45,624 nucleotides of DNA, from the NCBI GenBank assembly GCA_963575745.1, contig CAUYUJ010000203.1, forward strand, positions 620,001 to 665,624. Reading direction: 5' to 3'. This stretch comes from Prorocentrum cordatum. Its lineage: Eukaryota. A program made the position numbers and the translations under genes. Under the pieces are notes generated by a model that made no database searches, was not told the origin of the DNA, and was given only the letters and a program-made list of their open reading frames with translations. Shown one piece after another: positions 31,364 to 44,482 of this stretch (position 1 is its first letter; every line of letters begins with the position of its first letter).

Positions 31364-32289
31364 GTGTGACTGTTGGTGAAAAACGAGCCCGGCTCACTGC
31401 CGCCCGGCAACTCCCAACACCTGCCCGGACCCCCTGTGGAGTGATCTGCTGCTCTCTTTTGATCCCACTAGAAACCTATCAGTCTTCGCTGTTAGGTAAA
31501 AATTGGGTGAGGATAAATCGGGAATCTCTGAGGTCCGGCGGTTCTCGAGGATGTCTCGGGCGGACGCTTTGAGAGCGTTCCGGAACGCTCCGGAACGGAC
31601 TTATCCTCGCCCCCGCCCGAAAGGGGCAGGCTTGCACATGGACCGCACTGAACGGCTGTAAGGGATGGTAAACGGGGTGCTCGTTATCATCATCTTTCCG
31701 TGCGGGCGCAGAGGAGGCGGATGTGGACCCTGTATCTGCGGAGACTGTGAAATGCCAGTAAATGCCAGGCCATGGTCCCCGTCGACCTGTGCTCTGCTCC
31801 AGAACACATTCAACACGAAAGGATGTCTCCAGAAGAAAATCCTAGCCCTTTGTTCTTGTTGTTCCTACTCATGTTCATGCTCATCCACATCTCTTCTCCC
31901 CCCCTGGCCTTTCTCTAAGGACTACTACTGAAAGGAGGCATAACAACTCCGAGCTAGACCCGACTGCATTCTACTCCATAGCGCTCCAAACTCACATGCC
32001 GCTGCGGTCCGCTGGGAGGCCTGGGCGGTAGGGATGCAGAGAAAACTCCAGTGGCCCGAGGAAGTGAGACAACCACCCAGCACCAACATCTACGTGGGGC
32101 TGCGGAGCCAAAGCTGGCAGGTGCTACTGCTACAATAATGCCACCACTGATCGCCCGAGTAATCTCCTCTGCCTCCTCGTCACCCTCGTCCTCCTCCCTG
32201 GCACCCCCTCTACTCCATTCCTCCTGCTGATCCATCACTCCTCCGTCTCATCCGTCCCTCCTCCTCCATCCGTCTTCATTATCATCCAT

Positions 32290-32477
32290 CCCTCCTCCTC
32301 CTCCTCCTCCTCCTCCTCCTCCTCCTCCTCCTCCTCCTCCTCCTCCTCCTCCTCCTCCTCCTCCTCCTCCTCCTCCTCCTCCTCCCTCCTCCTCCTCCTC
32401 CTCCCTCCTCCTCCTCCTCCTCCTCCTCCTCCTCCTCCTCCTCCTCCTCCTCCTCCTCAGCATCATCATCACGCCAC

Positions 32478-32514
<37 letters not shown>

Positions 32515-32579
32515 TCCTCCTCCTCCTCCTCCTCATCATCATCATCATCATCAGCATCATCATCCTAATCATCCATTGT

Positions 32580-32622
<43 letters not shown>

Positions 32623-33027
32623 GCATCCTCAACCTCAACCTCATCCTCATCCTCATCCTCCTCATCCTCCTCCTCATCATCAGCATCAGCATCAGCATCA
32701 GCATCATCATCATCATCAGCATCATCATCATCATCATCATTATCGTCAGCAGCATCAGCAGCATCATCATCAGGAATATAATAATCATCAGCAGAATCAC
32801 CATCAGCAACACCATCATCACCCCAACATAACCTCCACCATTACCGCCATCTCTCATCCTTCATTCCTCATCGCTCCCTCCTCCCAATGTTGCTTTCACC
32901 TACTTCTCCTCCTCCTCCTCCTCCTTCTCATCCTCATTCTCCTCCTCGTTCTCCTCCTCTTGATCCTGGTCAACCTCATCATCATCATAATCATCAGCAT
33001 CATCACAACCACCATCATCCTTGTCGT

Positions 33028-33059
<32 letters not shown>

Positions 33060-33144
33060 CCATCATCATCATCAACAGCATCAACATCACCACCATCACC
33101 GTCGCGATTATCATCACTGTCACCATGATCATCATCATCAGCAC

Positions 33145-33182
<38 letters not shown>

Positions 33183-33856
33183 CCATCAGCATCAGCATCT
33201 TCATCTTCATCAGCATCATAATGATCAGCATCAGCATCCGCATCAGCATCAGCACCATCATCAGCATACTCATCATTACCATCGCCACCACCACCACCAT
33301 CATCATCATCCTCCTCATCATCATCAGCATCACCATCATCGCCATCATCATCATCGTCATCATCAGCATGATCGTGATCGTCATCATCATCATCATCATC
33401 ATCATCATCAGCATCATCATCATCATCGAAATCATCAGTATCATGAACATCATCATCAGCATCACCATCATCATCAATGTCATCAGCATGATCATCGCCA
33501 TCATCAGCATCATCAGCAGCATCATCATCGGCAACACGCTCATCATCATCAACATCATCATCACCATCACCATCATCATTACAAGTACCCTCATCAACAT
33601 CAGCAGCATCGTCATCAGCATCATCATCCTTACCTCCATCATCATCAGCATCACCATCAACATCACCATCGTCATCATCATCAGCATCATCATCACCATC
33701 CACATCAGCATCATCCGTATCAGCATCATCATCAGCCTCATCATCATCATCATCATAACCACCATCATCATCAGCAACACCATCATCATCATCAGCATCA
33801 TCATCACCATCATCATAAGCATCAGATTCATAATCAACATAACCAGCAACTCCACC

Positions 33857-33907
<51 letters not shown>

Positions 33908-34396
33908 AGCATCATCAGCATGATCGTGATCGTCATCATCATCATCATCATTATCATCATCATCATCATCGAAATCATCAGTATCATGAACATCATCATC
34001 AGCATCACCATCATCATCAATGTCATCAGCATGATCATCGCCATCATCAGCATCATCAGCAACATCATCATCGGCAACACGCTCATCATCATCAACATCA
34101 TCATCACCATCACCATCATCATTACAAGTACCCTCATCAACATCAGCAGCATCGTCATCAGCATCATCATCCTTACCTCCATCATCATCAGCATCACCAT
34201 CAACATCACCATCGTCATCATCATCAGCATCATCATCACCATCCACATCAGCATCATCCGTATCAGCATCATCATCAGCCTCATCATCATCATCATAACC
34301 ACCATCATCATCAGCAACACCATCATCATCATCAGCATCATCATCACCATCATCATAAGCATCATATTCATAATCAACACAACCAGCAACTCCACC

Positions 34397-34457
<61 letters not shown>

Positions 34458-34495
34458 GCATCATCATCATCACCACCACCACCACCACCACCACC

Positions 34496-34563
<68 letters not shown>
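32290..34563. repeat. (CCT)n followed by a ~2.1-kb degenerate (CAT)n microsatellite with an internal ~550-bp tandem duplication
   Basis: Directly visible. The block starting CATCAGCATGATCGTGATCG at 33361 is repeated from 33913. Confidence 0.95.
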
Positions 34564-35099
34564 GCGGCCTCCACCTGCACCACATCCTTTCCCTTCTACG
34601 CCCTCTCCTCCCCCAGTGCCTCAACCTCATCATGCTTTCCTTGCATCCAGCTCAACATCCCTCGTGCCATCATCCTCCTCCTGCTTCTCTTCCGTCTCCT
34701 GCTCATCATAACTGCTTAACTCCCTACTCTTCTTCCTCTCCCTCCCACGGTCCTCCTCCTCCTGCTTCTCATTCCTGATCCTCCCTCACCTTCCGCCATT
34801 TCTGCCTCGATCGCAGGTCGGGCCGTACCGCCCGGCCGAACACACTGAACTGGCCGATGCAGCCCAGGGCCCTGATCGCCTTCGGCGGCGGGAGAGGTGG
34901 CCAACGACGCGCGGGGGGACGGGGGAGAAGGATGGTGAGGGAGGAAGGGGGGGGGGGAATGCAGGAGGGAGATGGGGAACAGGAGGGGGAAAATAGCAGG
35001 AGGGAGAGGAGGAGGAGCCAGAGCAGGAGGAGGAGGAGGAGGAGGAGGAGGAGGAGGACTCAACGTCAGATTGCTCCGCAGGACACAAGCAAATTTGGG

Positions 35100-38000
35100 A
35101 AGACCACGGCGACTTATGCGCGGCTGCCCTCAGCCGCGCGGGTACCCGCTTACGGGGCTCTCGCTCGCGGGTGGCAATGGGCCTCGAGACTGCTTTCTCC
35201 AGGACGTGGTACAGGCCTTGCTGATGGCCCAGCTTACAGGAACAGACAAGTTCGCCATCAACTTCGACGAATGCCTGGTGGAAACCGATCCTCCACATGT
35301 CAAACATACACATATGGCCATATGATGGCAACGGAGGCCATACATCATATGGCCTTACATCATATGGCCATGTGATAGCCAAATCCTCCAAACATGGCCG
35401 TACATTTAATCCCCTCCGCGGCCATATGATGGCCACGGATGCGCACGAAAGCAGGCCCAGCACCACTGGACACAACAGCCGGCGCCTGCGATCGGGCCTC
35501 CGCGGAGGCACCACCCCGAGAGGTAAGCTAGCATCGGCCCCCACACCAGCGGCGGCTTCCCCAGGCGACCCAGTCCCCCCATGCACCCCGCACGAAGGAA
35601 ACCATTGTCCAACAGCCGAGGACGACCCTCCAGCAGCGGGCCCCGAGAAACAACCAGCAGCATGCACACCGACCTGGATGGCATCAGACCGACCCGAACG
35701 GAGGGGAACGGGAGACGAACAGTAGGAGAGCCTCGCTCGAGCTCGGGCCATGAGGGCTTCGAACACGATAGGCCCCTCCATGGTCGAGCCTGGCGGCCCC
35801 TTCGCACGAGCTCGCGTGAACCAACTGTACAGGTTCAGCATCAACTCTGCGTCGCACGCTCACGGACACCTTCTCCAACGCCTTTCCCGCGCGTTCCCCG
35901 ACCGCCGCCATCAGCCAGGCGAGCACGGCACCCCCTGTCTTGGCGTCGCTCATGTCGTTCATCTTGGCCTTGAACATCCAACGTCTCTGGCATCCCGTGG
36001 ACCTGGGCCCCGCGCTTCGAGCAGAAGTCGGCCCACTTGTTGCCGTAGATGACGGCGACCTCCATCTGGGTGTCTCCAGCATGGTAGTCGTCGACGGTAC
36101 GGTGCGCAGGGCACCAGCAGGCAGCAGGCTTGGTCAAGCCCTCAGCCGCATGCAACGTATTCCTCCAAATGTCAGTGTACTGGCCGGCGGCGTAACCATG
36201 CCGTGGGACCCGTTACGTCACCTCTCTGGCCAGCGCCGCCAAGTCCGCGACGACGAAGCGGAGGTAGGACATGTGGCGGAGCGCCTGAAAGAGCTTCCAT
36301 CGCTCAGGCCTCCAAGCCGTCCGGCGACGTCCAGGAAGAGAGCCACATACCGTTCGTGCGGGGGCGTTGTCGGCCCCATCTGGACGCGCGCTCAGCAACG
36401 CGTGCGCAACTCAGGCCACGGCGCGTCGCGGCCCGAGTCGTCGTGGTCCACGATCGTCGACCGCCCAGCCTCAGGCGACGACCACTCGTCCCACCTGAAG
36501 ATCTTATGCGCGGCGTCCGCACACCCAACTTCGTAGGACACAACGGGCATGGCCGTGACGAGGTCGAACGCGTCGTAGTCCTGGTCCGCCGCTCCGCTAT
36601 AGAACCGCACCGGCAGCCCCGGCTCAACCTTGGCATGCATTTCGGAGGTGGGCTCGATCACGTCGCCATCTCTCTGGCCTGTGGCCAGCGTGGTCGGGCA
36701 CTCGAAGAAGTTGCGGCCCTCGGCGCACAGCAGCTGCGCGGCGGTGCAGCTGGGGAAGCGTGGGCTCGATATTTAAGTAGCCCAGGGCATGCCTCTTGAC
36801 CGCTCCCCAGGAGGAGCCCGACCACAGCCCGCGGGGCTGACCGCGCGCGTCCAAAAGGCATTTGTCGGCTTCGGCGGGACATCCGCGCGGCGGTTTATCG
36901 TCTGCCGGCCCTGTCATCGCTGGATGCCCCCCTGCTGCGCTGGCCGACCTCCCTGGGATGCACGTGCAAGACCACGATGACGTCGCCCTCGTCGGCACCC
37001 AGGATGACGCTCGAGAGCGCGGCCCAGCCAATCCTCGAGAGGCTCGCGCATGCGGCCGCCACCGGGCCCCGCAAGCCATGCCGCGTAGGCTTGGCCTCCA
37101 GCCACTTCTGCTCCAACTGCCCCCGCGCCCGCTGCAAGGGGGCCGAGGGCCAGCTTGCCGCCCCGCATGAGAGAGCAGCGCTGGACAAACGGCGCCAGGG
37201 TCATTTTAGAGATCGAGCCCATGCGCGCGATTCCCTGGGTGGCCATGCACGCGGCGTTGGACCCTGACCCTGACCCCGCGCGGTCTCAACCTCGGCACTG
37301 GAGGGCCGCTGCGTGGCGCAGTTTGGCTGACCTCTCATTTGACGCGCCAGATGACATGGCGCCGTGGGCTGCCGGCGGCAAAGGGGGGCTTCAGCCAGCG
37401 CTTGGCGATCGTCCCGACCGCTCTCTTGCCGCGCGTGTCGTGGCCCAACTTGAACGCGGAGAGCCTGCGCGGCAATTTGGCCTTGGCCCCAGCTGGCCCC
37501 GAGCGTCTGCAGTCCTCCTCCGCGGTGCCGAGCCAGCCTGACATCGAGGGCTTGATCGGCGCGCCAAGCGGCCTCGCATCGTCTGCGAATCTGAGGAACG
37601 CCTCGCCGAGCATCAACCTGCCCTCGCCGACGGCCTCCCCGACCCACTGCGCGGCGAGTTCGCCCACCGAGGCCCGCTGCGCGAGGTCGTCCGTTATCGG
37701 TCGCAGTCGAAGGTCAGGCCAGGTAAGCCTTGCACCAGACGGTGCGTGAGCAGGGTGGGACATGAGATACGGCCCGACGCTTGGATGCCTTCAGCACCCG
37801 CGCCAGCCATTGACTGCCTGCCCCCGCGGGCGAGCTGCACAGCCCTTTGGGCGGGATCAGGCAGCAAGTCGTTCGTGCGAGCCAGCGGCTTTCAGACACT
37901 TGTTCCAAACTGATGCTCCCCGCGTCTGTCGCGGTCTGTCTCGCCTTCCGGGGCCTGCGGCTTCGCGGGCGACAAGCGAGTCCGGCTCAAACGCTGAAGC

Positions 38001-41000
38001 TGAGACATGGTCCGTTTCTGGTTGGCGTCCAAGTTGGCCCGTGGAGATCATCTGCCGCCTGGCGAGGCAGTCGCTCAACGTGGACTGGTTCGATGTGGTC
38101 AAGACAATGGCATTGGCCACCCGACTGGTGAATCACGGCTGTATCCTGAAAACCCGTCGGAGGCATCCATGCTGAAAGCTGTCCAATCTTTGTCGTTCTG
38201 CCATGTTGAGGCACGCCGCAAACACAGCGCACATCAACTTCGTCACCACGCACGCGTTGAATATCTTCACCTTCTGCTTCCTCCCTACGACCGAATGATT
38301 CCAAATAGCGTAAAATGCCAAAAATCACGCATTCCACTTCGAATCCTCGTGCCCAATTCAGCGCCCATTCTACCATCTGCTGAGAGAGCTGTACCCAAGT
38401 AAATCAGCGACTCCTGGCTGACGATGGGCTGGCCACAATCATTCATCGCTTTCTCGTTGGTCCGGACCTGTATTGTTTCGACCTCTTTCCCATTGAATTG
38501 CAGCCCCCAGTGCGCCCCGCAGCTCTCGACGCAGCACATGAGTTCCTGAAGCACTTCAGGGCTGTTGCTGATTGGGAGCACGTCGTCTGCGAGCGCCAAA
38601 ACTCTCGCTGCAGCACTCGGCACTTCCCCGCCACGTTGCCTGCCCAACTCTCGATGAGCATCGCGCAGCAGGGTCTCCATGCACATCGCGAAGAGGAGCG
38701 GGGATATGGGCCAGCCCTGACATATTCCATACTGCTGCTTCCCCTCTCCAGACGTAGCGCCAGAGTCTGATGCAGAAGACACGATTGCTGCATGCGCTGA
38801 AAACCATGCACGCGAAGTTCTCCGGGCAACCGAACTTCTGCAACGCGTTGACCACATAATCCAGAGACACCGCGTCGAACGCTTTCGCCCAGTCAAGAGC
38901 CAAAGCGATACCCTTATCATCGCGCGCCGCCTACGTCTCCGCTAACGCGCGCCGCGCGATGAACACCGCATCGGCTGTGCCGCGTCCAGATCTGAAGCCG
39001 AATGGTGTCTGCCACATGCGCTGCTCTGCCCCAGCGCCATTCACGCGCTGCAGCAGTATCGCGACAAAGATCTCGCAACCGATCGGGAGGAGGCGGATTG
39101 GCCTGTAGTTGTTCTAATGTGCTGGGTCGCCCATTTTGCAAACCATCTTCACTTTTGACCACAAACCTCGGGTGCTTGGCAATTGCCCCATGCCAGATTG
39201 CAGAAGCGATTGACCCGCGCTGGGGCGGGAGCTCCGTTGTCGGTCACCGCCCGCCAAACCCAGGAGGGACGTCGTCGGGTTCTCCTGCTTTGCCTCGCTT
39301 GAATTTGCCGGCCAATTCCCTCGCTTCCCCCTCTGCGATGTCACCGAGGTTGGTGGGGGAGACGTTTGCGCGGCGCGCGTCCGTCGGGATGACCGTCGTC
39401 GGTCGCGCCGCCCATTGCACTTTTTCCAAGTGGTCGGTCACTGCACTTGCTCTATGGTCGCTGTTTGCCAAAACCCCACTCGCATGCTTCATCCTCCCTT
39501 GCAGGGGGCAGAAGCCGTTCCTAGGGTTGCGAGACTGGCCCCAGTCGTCGGTCTCAATGAGCCTTTCCATCCACATGGCCCGGTCCTTCGACGCAGCTGA
39601 TTTGATGGTTTTGGCATGCCGCTTTTCTTCATCAATGTGGCCCTGGCGTCTGGCTGCAAAGCGCCTGTCTAGGAGTCCCAAGGTGGGAGGTCGCATCCAA
39701 GGCTTCCTGGCGAGGGCTGGTCTCGTCGGTGGCGCGCTCGTCGATGCACGATAAAATCCGTCAACCAGCTGACGCCGAGCCAGATTCACATCCACGTGGT
39801 CAGGTGCAGAGTCTGAGAAGTCCTCCAAAGACTAAGCAAGCGGAGAAGTGAAGTGGTGCTTTGTGGCATTCTCCATCAAGCTGCATGCATCTGGTTTTAA
39901 ATTCTGCCCAGCCGGCGAAATCTTGCCCACAGTGATCCGGGCCTGGGCTTTCAGCAAAAAGTGGCACGAGGACAATGAGGCGTTTGGACGCGACCTTACG
40001 CTCCATACATGGTCCACCACTTCTGATCGCAAGCCAAGACATCAATTTGAGAATGAGTGCGCCCTTCGATATCTTGTTCAGCTGGGCAGCCGACGTTGTA
40101 GCACGTGGCCAACTGGCGCTGCGGCAACGGGAAGGAAGCATTCGCAGGACACATGCGTAGCTGAGCACATGTCTCCACAAACAAATATATGTGCGCATCG
40201 GGCTTGCAAGTGTAGCCTGGGTGAACAAAGGCACCGGGTCGGATTGCATGTCCTTCGTCATCGAACTTGCCGCGCAGCATAGAATCATAGAACTCAAATC
40301 CCCCATAAGCAGCGTTGCTGAACGTGCCGCAATGAGGTATCCGAGGACATTGAAGAAGCCATGCCCCTTCTGGTAGTCATATCCACCATGAGGCGCGCGA
40401 GCCGATATAGCGGACCGATATTGCAAACATCGCAGTCGAAGGGCAGTCCGATATGGCAGAAACGCGAGAAGCCGAGCGCGACGCGTGCATCCTGCAAAGA
40501 TGCTCTGGCGCACGCACACTGGCCCAGGCTAACAACAGCGCGCGCTAATCGCCCTCGGCACGCGGAAGTGAAAAAGCAACTGCCACACTCGCACCACGTG
40601 ATAGACCTGGGCCAGGACGCGAGCCTCGCCCCGCAGCGCCTGCAGGGGGACGCGCTGCAATACTGGGTGGGCGATCTCCGCCACTATGTCGCGGCCGAAC
40701 GCCGAGTGCACCGAGGGCGCGCCCCTCTTCAAGCCGACGATGGAGCCGCGAGGGCGGGCTGGGATCCACTGGCTCGCACGAGGGCGACGCGCTCGCGCCC
40801 AGAGCCGAGCAGGCGTTGAGACGGGCGCGATCAGCCTCGCGCCCCCGCCCTCCCAGGGAAGCCCGACCATCGCGTTGGCGATCGTGTCCGAGGGCCAGGC
40901 GAGGAGCGCTTCGCAGCGCGCGTGCAGGAGAGCGAGGGCCCTGGACGCCCTATTCGAGACGTGCCAGAAGACTCCGGGGCACAGTCTGTGCTGGCGCAAT

Positions 41001-44000
41001 CATCCAACTGAAGGTCAGCGTGGCCCCCGTTCACATGCCCCCCGTCGGTGGGCGCGAGGTCGGACCGCTCGCGCGCGCCCTCCGCATCGGCCGCCAACTC
41101 CGCGCCCCGACCGCGCCAGAGCGCCGCCCGCGCGCGCGCGGCCTGGTCGGCGAACAGAGAGGCGCGACCTCGACACCGACGGGTCCAAGTACCTCAAGGC
41201 GCTCCTGGGCCTTGGAAACACGGTGGGCTCTTACAGCTCCATGGGCAGAAGCGTCGGGGGCCCGGGCTCTCCACGTCGCAGAGACCTCGCAGGCGCGCGA
41301 AGCATGCAGCTCCATGTCACTGGAGACACGCTGGCCCCCCCCTCCCCGAAGTTCGGCGCAGTGAGGGGGTTCGAGGACGAGGGCGAAGAGGCGCCGAAGC
41401 TCGGGCGAGACGAGCTGCCAGCGATGCCTCGCCCCTCGCCTTGGCGACCCGCTGGGAGAAGGCGAGGAGCTGCGCGATGTTCTCGGACGTTCCAAGGGCG
41501 CGCGGGGCAGGGCCCTTGCGCCATCATGGGGAAGGGCTCGGCGAGGTGGACGCGCGCTCGCGCGGCGCGATTGGTCCGGCCGGCCGCCGAAGTCCAGGCC
41601 AACGCCTCATCCGCGGGGCGGAGCCTCTTGGCAGGGGGCTCCCGGCGTAGCCTCGCCCGAGAAGTCTATGGTGGCAACTCCCCGCCATCGCGGCGCCCTC
41701 TGGCACGACTGTCCACGGCGCCACATCGGTCGAGCAGCGCAGACTCACCCCCCCCCGAAGAGTCCACCCTGGCAGCGCTGGGGATCCTCGCCCCCGCTGG
41801 CCCGCGCCATCCGCCCTTGGGGCTGGCTCCAACAGGAGGTAATGGGGGCGGCACTTCGGGCGCCCAGGCTCGACTGGCGCGACGACTGCAAGCTCGCGCG
41901 GGACCCGTCGCCAGAACCCCATCCCGGTTGCCAAGATGGGCGACCGGAAATCGGAGCGCACCGGCAACGGCGCAGCCTCGTCGTCCTCGAGCGGACGGGT
42001 TCGCGTCAAGAGGTTCAGGGCGCAGACAGCGCCATACAGGATCCCGTCGGGCAGCGACGCCATGCGCGCGGGAACCTCGGGCGCGGCCACGATGCCCTGG
42101 ACTGGCCCAGTCCATGCTTGGTCGAGCTCGTCGGGCGTCCTGTTACAGTCTCGCATCGCGATCCAGTCCAGGCCCTCGCCGATGAGGTAGGCCAGATATA
42201 TCCTGCCAGTGCCTGCAGGATGGTCGCGTGCTGGTGCCCCGCGCTCACTGCCATGTGGAGGTAGACCAAGATGACGACGACCCTTCCCTGGTGGCCCCCA
42301 GCGCACGTGGGCAGCAGCTAATCTGCCATTGCACAGGGCTCCGCGCTGGCCATCCACCCAGCCATCTGGCGGCCCTGACGGGGCCGCGGGAGTCACGTGC
42401 TGGGGGCAGAGGATCGCCGCCCCCCCCCCCGACGTGCCTCCTTGGACCGCGGCGTGGGCTGGAGCGACGACGCGCCCAGCAGGTCGCGCCCGAGCTACGA
42501 CAGACCCTCCAGCGGCGGCCGGCGCCAATGGCCGCCGCCGCCATGCAGTCTGAGCTGAGACCCATGAGGTAGGCCTTGAGAGGGCCAACGTTATCGCCGT
42601 CGGCCGGCTCGAAGCAGCCCTTGACCTTGACCTCCGCCCCCTGCTCGCTCGGCGGCCCAGAGCCCAGAGCCTCTTCGAGCTCCAACCGCGGCAGCAGGAG
42701 CGCCAGCTCCAGCGGCGCGATTCCCAGCAGCAGCCGCACTTGTTATGGCGCCGCTATCGGAGTCCGAGCGCGCGTCCTCCAGCGGGCAGGCCTGGCTCTT
42801 CGGCGCGCTGGCCGACTCCGGCCGTCGCGGCGCCCGCCCAACATCAGTGCCACTCTGCTCGCTCGGGCCATGTTTCCTGCCCGACCGGCCTGCGGCCATC
42901 GAGGTCTGCCCACTCTGCCCAGCGCCATCGAGCTTGCACGGGGCGAACGGGGAGGCAGCGGAGGCGAGGGCGAGGCGCCTGGCTGCAGCATGCTTGCCAA
43001 TCAGATCTGGAAGGTTCGCCCCTTTGGGTGGCCCCCGCGCCAAGAACTCGTCGAGCTGCGCGAACTCGGGCCCTTCCAATTTCGGGGGGGAGCTGGGGCC
43101 CCGCGAGGGGCCCGCCGCGGGCCCCGCCCCAAGCCCGCCGCGGGCGCCTCGCCCGGGCGGGCAAGAGCAGGCAACGAGGCGCCCACGGCCTGGGCGGGGA
43201 TCAACCGGCCGACGGACCTGGCGGCGAACTCCGCCACCAAGCTGGCCAGTGCGGGGGCGACATCGATCGCAGTGGCCCGGTCGACCCCAAGCTCCGCCAC
43301 GATCGCGCCCGGTTTGGACGCGTCGACGCCAAAGACCTGTACCTGCTGGCCCGCGTCTGGCACCTCAGGAGCTCGCAACTGGCTGGGGGTTAGCTGGTGG
43401 AGGTCGGCATTGAGGCCCTCGACCTCAATCCGCTGGTCACCGATAGTTTTCTCTTTGGCCTCGCACTCCAAACTGAGTTCCGCGATGAATGCAATCTGCC
43501 TGTCGAGCGCCTCGGCAGTCGCCAGTTGCGCACGGTCGATCTGGTCCGTGCGGTGAGTAACTGGGCGCGATGAGGCTCACGGGTGGCCCGAAGCGCATCC
43601 GCCGTCTTGACTCAGAAGGCGTGGTGGCTGGACTGCGCGTCGAACGACTTGGACGGCTGCACCGCAGCCTCGGTCTACTTGTCGGGCGCCTTGATCTCCA
43701 GCCTCCTGTCGCCATCTGAAAGCACCCCATGGCCCCATTGTCCTTCGCTGCAGGCTTCTCCTTCTCGCGTTGGGCCTGGGCCAGCTGGCTGGCCCGCGAG
43801 TCGAGACGCTTGACTGTCTGGGACATCTCAGCAACTTCGCGGTCGGACCTCTTGAGCGCCCAAGTCATCGTAACAGCGTCCTCCCGCTGGCGCTTGGAAG
43901 CCGAGGGGCTCGCTGGCGCCACAGCTCCACCGAAGCACGTGACCTCGCACCGCCCACACTTGCCACAGCTGGGAGCCGTCGCCGCGTTCCACTTAGGCGC

Positions 44001-44081
44001 GTTGGAAGCGAGGTGCTTGTATAAACGACAGTTCCAATTGCAAGCAGACTCCGCACGGCGCTTGGCAGCAGGCGGGACCAT
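35100..44081 (-). mobile_element. Decayed non-LTR retrotransposon (ORF1 + APE-RT-RNase H), interrupted by a nested LINE
   Basis: ORF1 relic from ATG 44081 (W.C...CGKCG zinc-finger-like, then coiled coil). APE relic WIAMRDCN.TP.EL at ~42100-42170. RT N-part LAWP...MVGLP.EGGGARLIA...RLWARAR at 40530-40950. RT C-part WPDLRLRPITDDL...KLGHD at ~37430-37760. RNase H DDSG...RC.A...LPG..RTA.RPE and W.PAH...GNKWAD at ~36000-36480. Many frameshifts and stops; ends approximate. Confidence 0.75.
37770..40525 (-). mobile_element. Decayed, probably 5'-truncated APE-RT LINE nested in the outer LINE
   Basis: APE relics RAPH...FF..L...MGDL, QIDVL and SCHFLL. RT motifs KAGEPDDVP, RPIRLL, FGFRSGRGTADAVF, ALDWAKAFDAVS, GICQGWPISPLLF, LADDVL and YLG. 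Tail ..RRDRPRQT. Frameshifted. Confidence 0.85.
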
Positions 44082-44443
44082 CGAGGAACTCTTGGCTTCG
44101 GCCCCATGGGGGGGAATAGGGGAAAAGGGGAAGTGACCAGCGGCAGGCGAGCCGAACAGGGGTGGTTGCGGGAGGAGGGGGGAGGAAGTAGGGACAGGAG
44201 CACGGAGGAGGAGCAGAGAGGAGGATGAGGAGGACGAGGAGGAGGAGGAGGAGGAGGAGGAGGAGGAGGAGGAGCAGGAAGAGGAGGAGAAGGAGGGAGG
44301 AGGACAGAAGAGGAGGAAGAGGAGGAGAAGGAGGAGGAAGAGGAGAGGTAGGGCGATGTAAGGGCCGCTGAAGTGGCAGACGGGGTAGGAGGGGCCCGAG
44401 AGAGCGAACGGCAGGAGAGAGGCGAACATACCATCAACATGCG

Positions 44444-44444
<1 letters not shown>

Positions 44445-44480
<36 letters not shown>
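44445..44480. repeat. (CA)n microsatellite, among further (GGA)/(CCT) tracts at 44205-44345 and 45012-45085
   Basis: Directly visible. Confidence 0.9.

Positions 44481-44482
<2 letters not shown>

Larger units (their letters stand above)
24761..31497 (-). mobile_element. 6.7-kb Helitron2/Helentron-like element lacking Rep-helicase, carrying cargo ORFs
   Basis: Splits a MITE copy at its A/T run: AAGACGAAGCCAGGACGAGGATAAA | element | AAAAATTGGGTGAGGATAAATCGGG, with an intact copy at 13621-13662. Asymmetric inverted repeat ACCTAACAGC at 24777-24786 (subterminal) and 31488-31497 (terminal). Terminal hairpin at 31474-31497, 8/9-bp stem. Confidence 0.7.

Noticed and set aside
31440..31471. CTAG at 31468-31471 as a canonical Helitron1 3' end
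   Set aside because: No GC-rich hairpin precedes it, and the junction with the split MITE lies 26 nt further on.
32576..34719. 555-711-aa ORFs (poly-Ile, poly-His, poly-Met, poly-Asp)
   Set aside because: Translations of a (CAT)n microsatellite; open frames on both strands come from the repeat itself.
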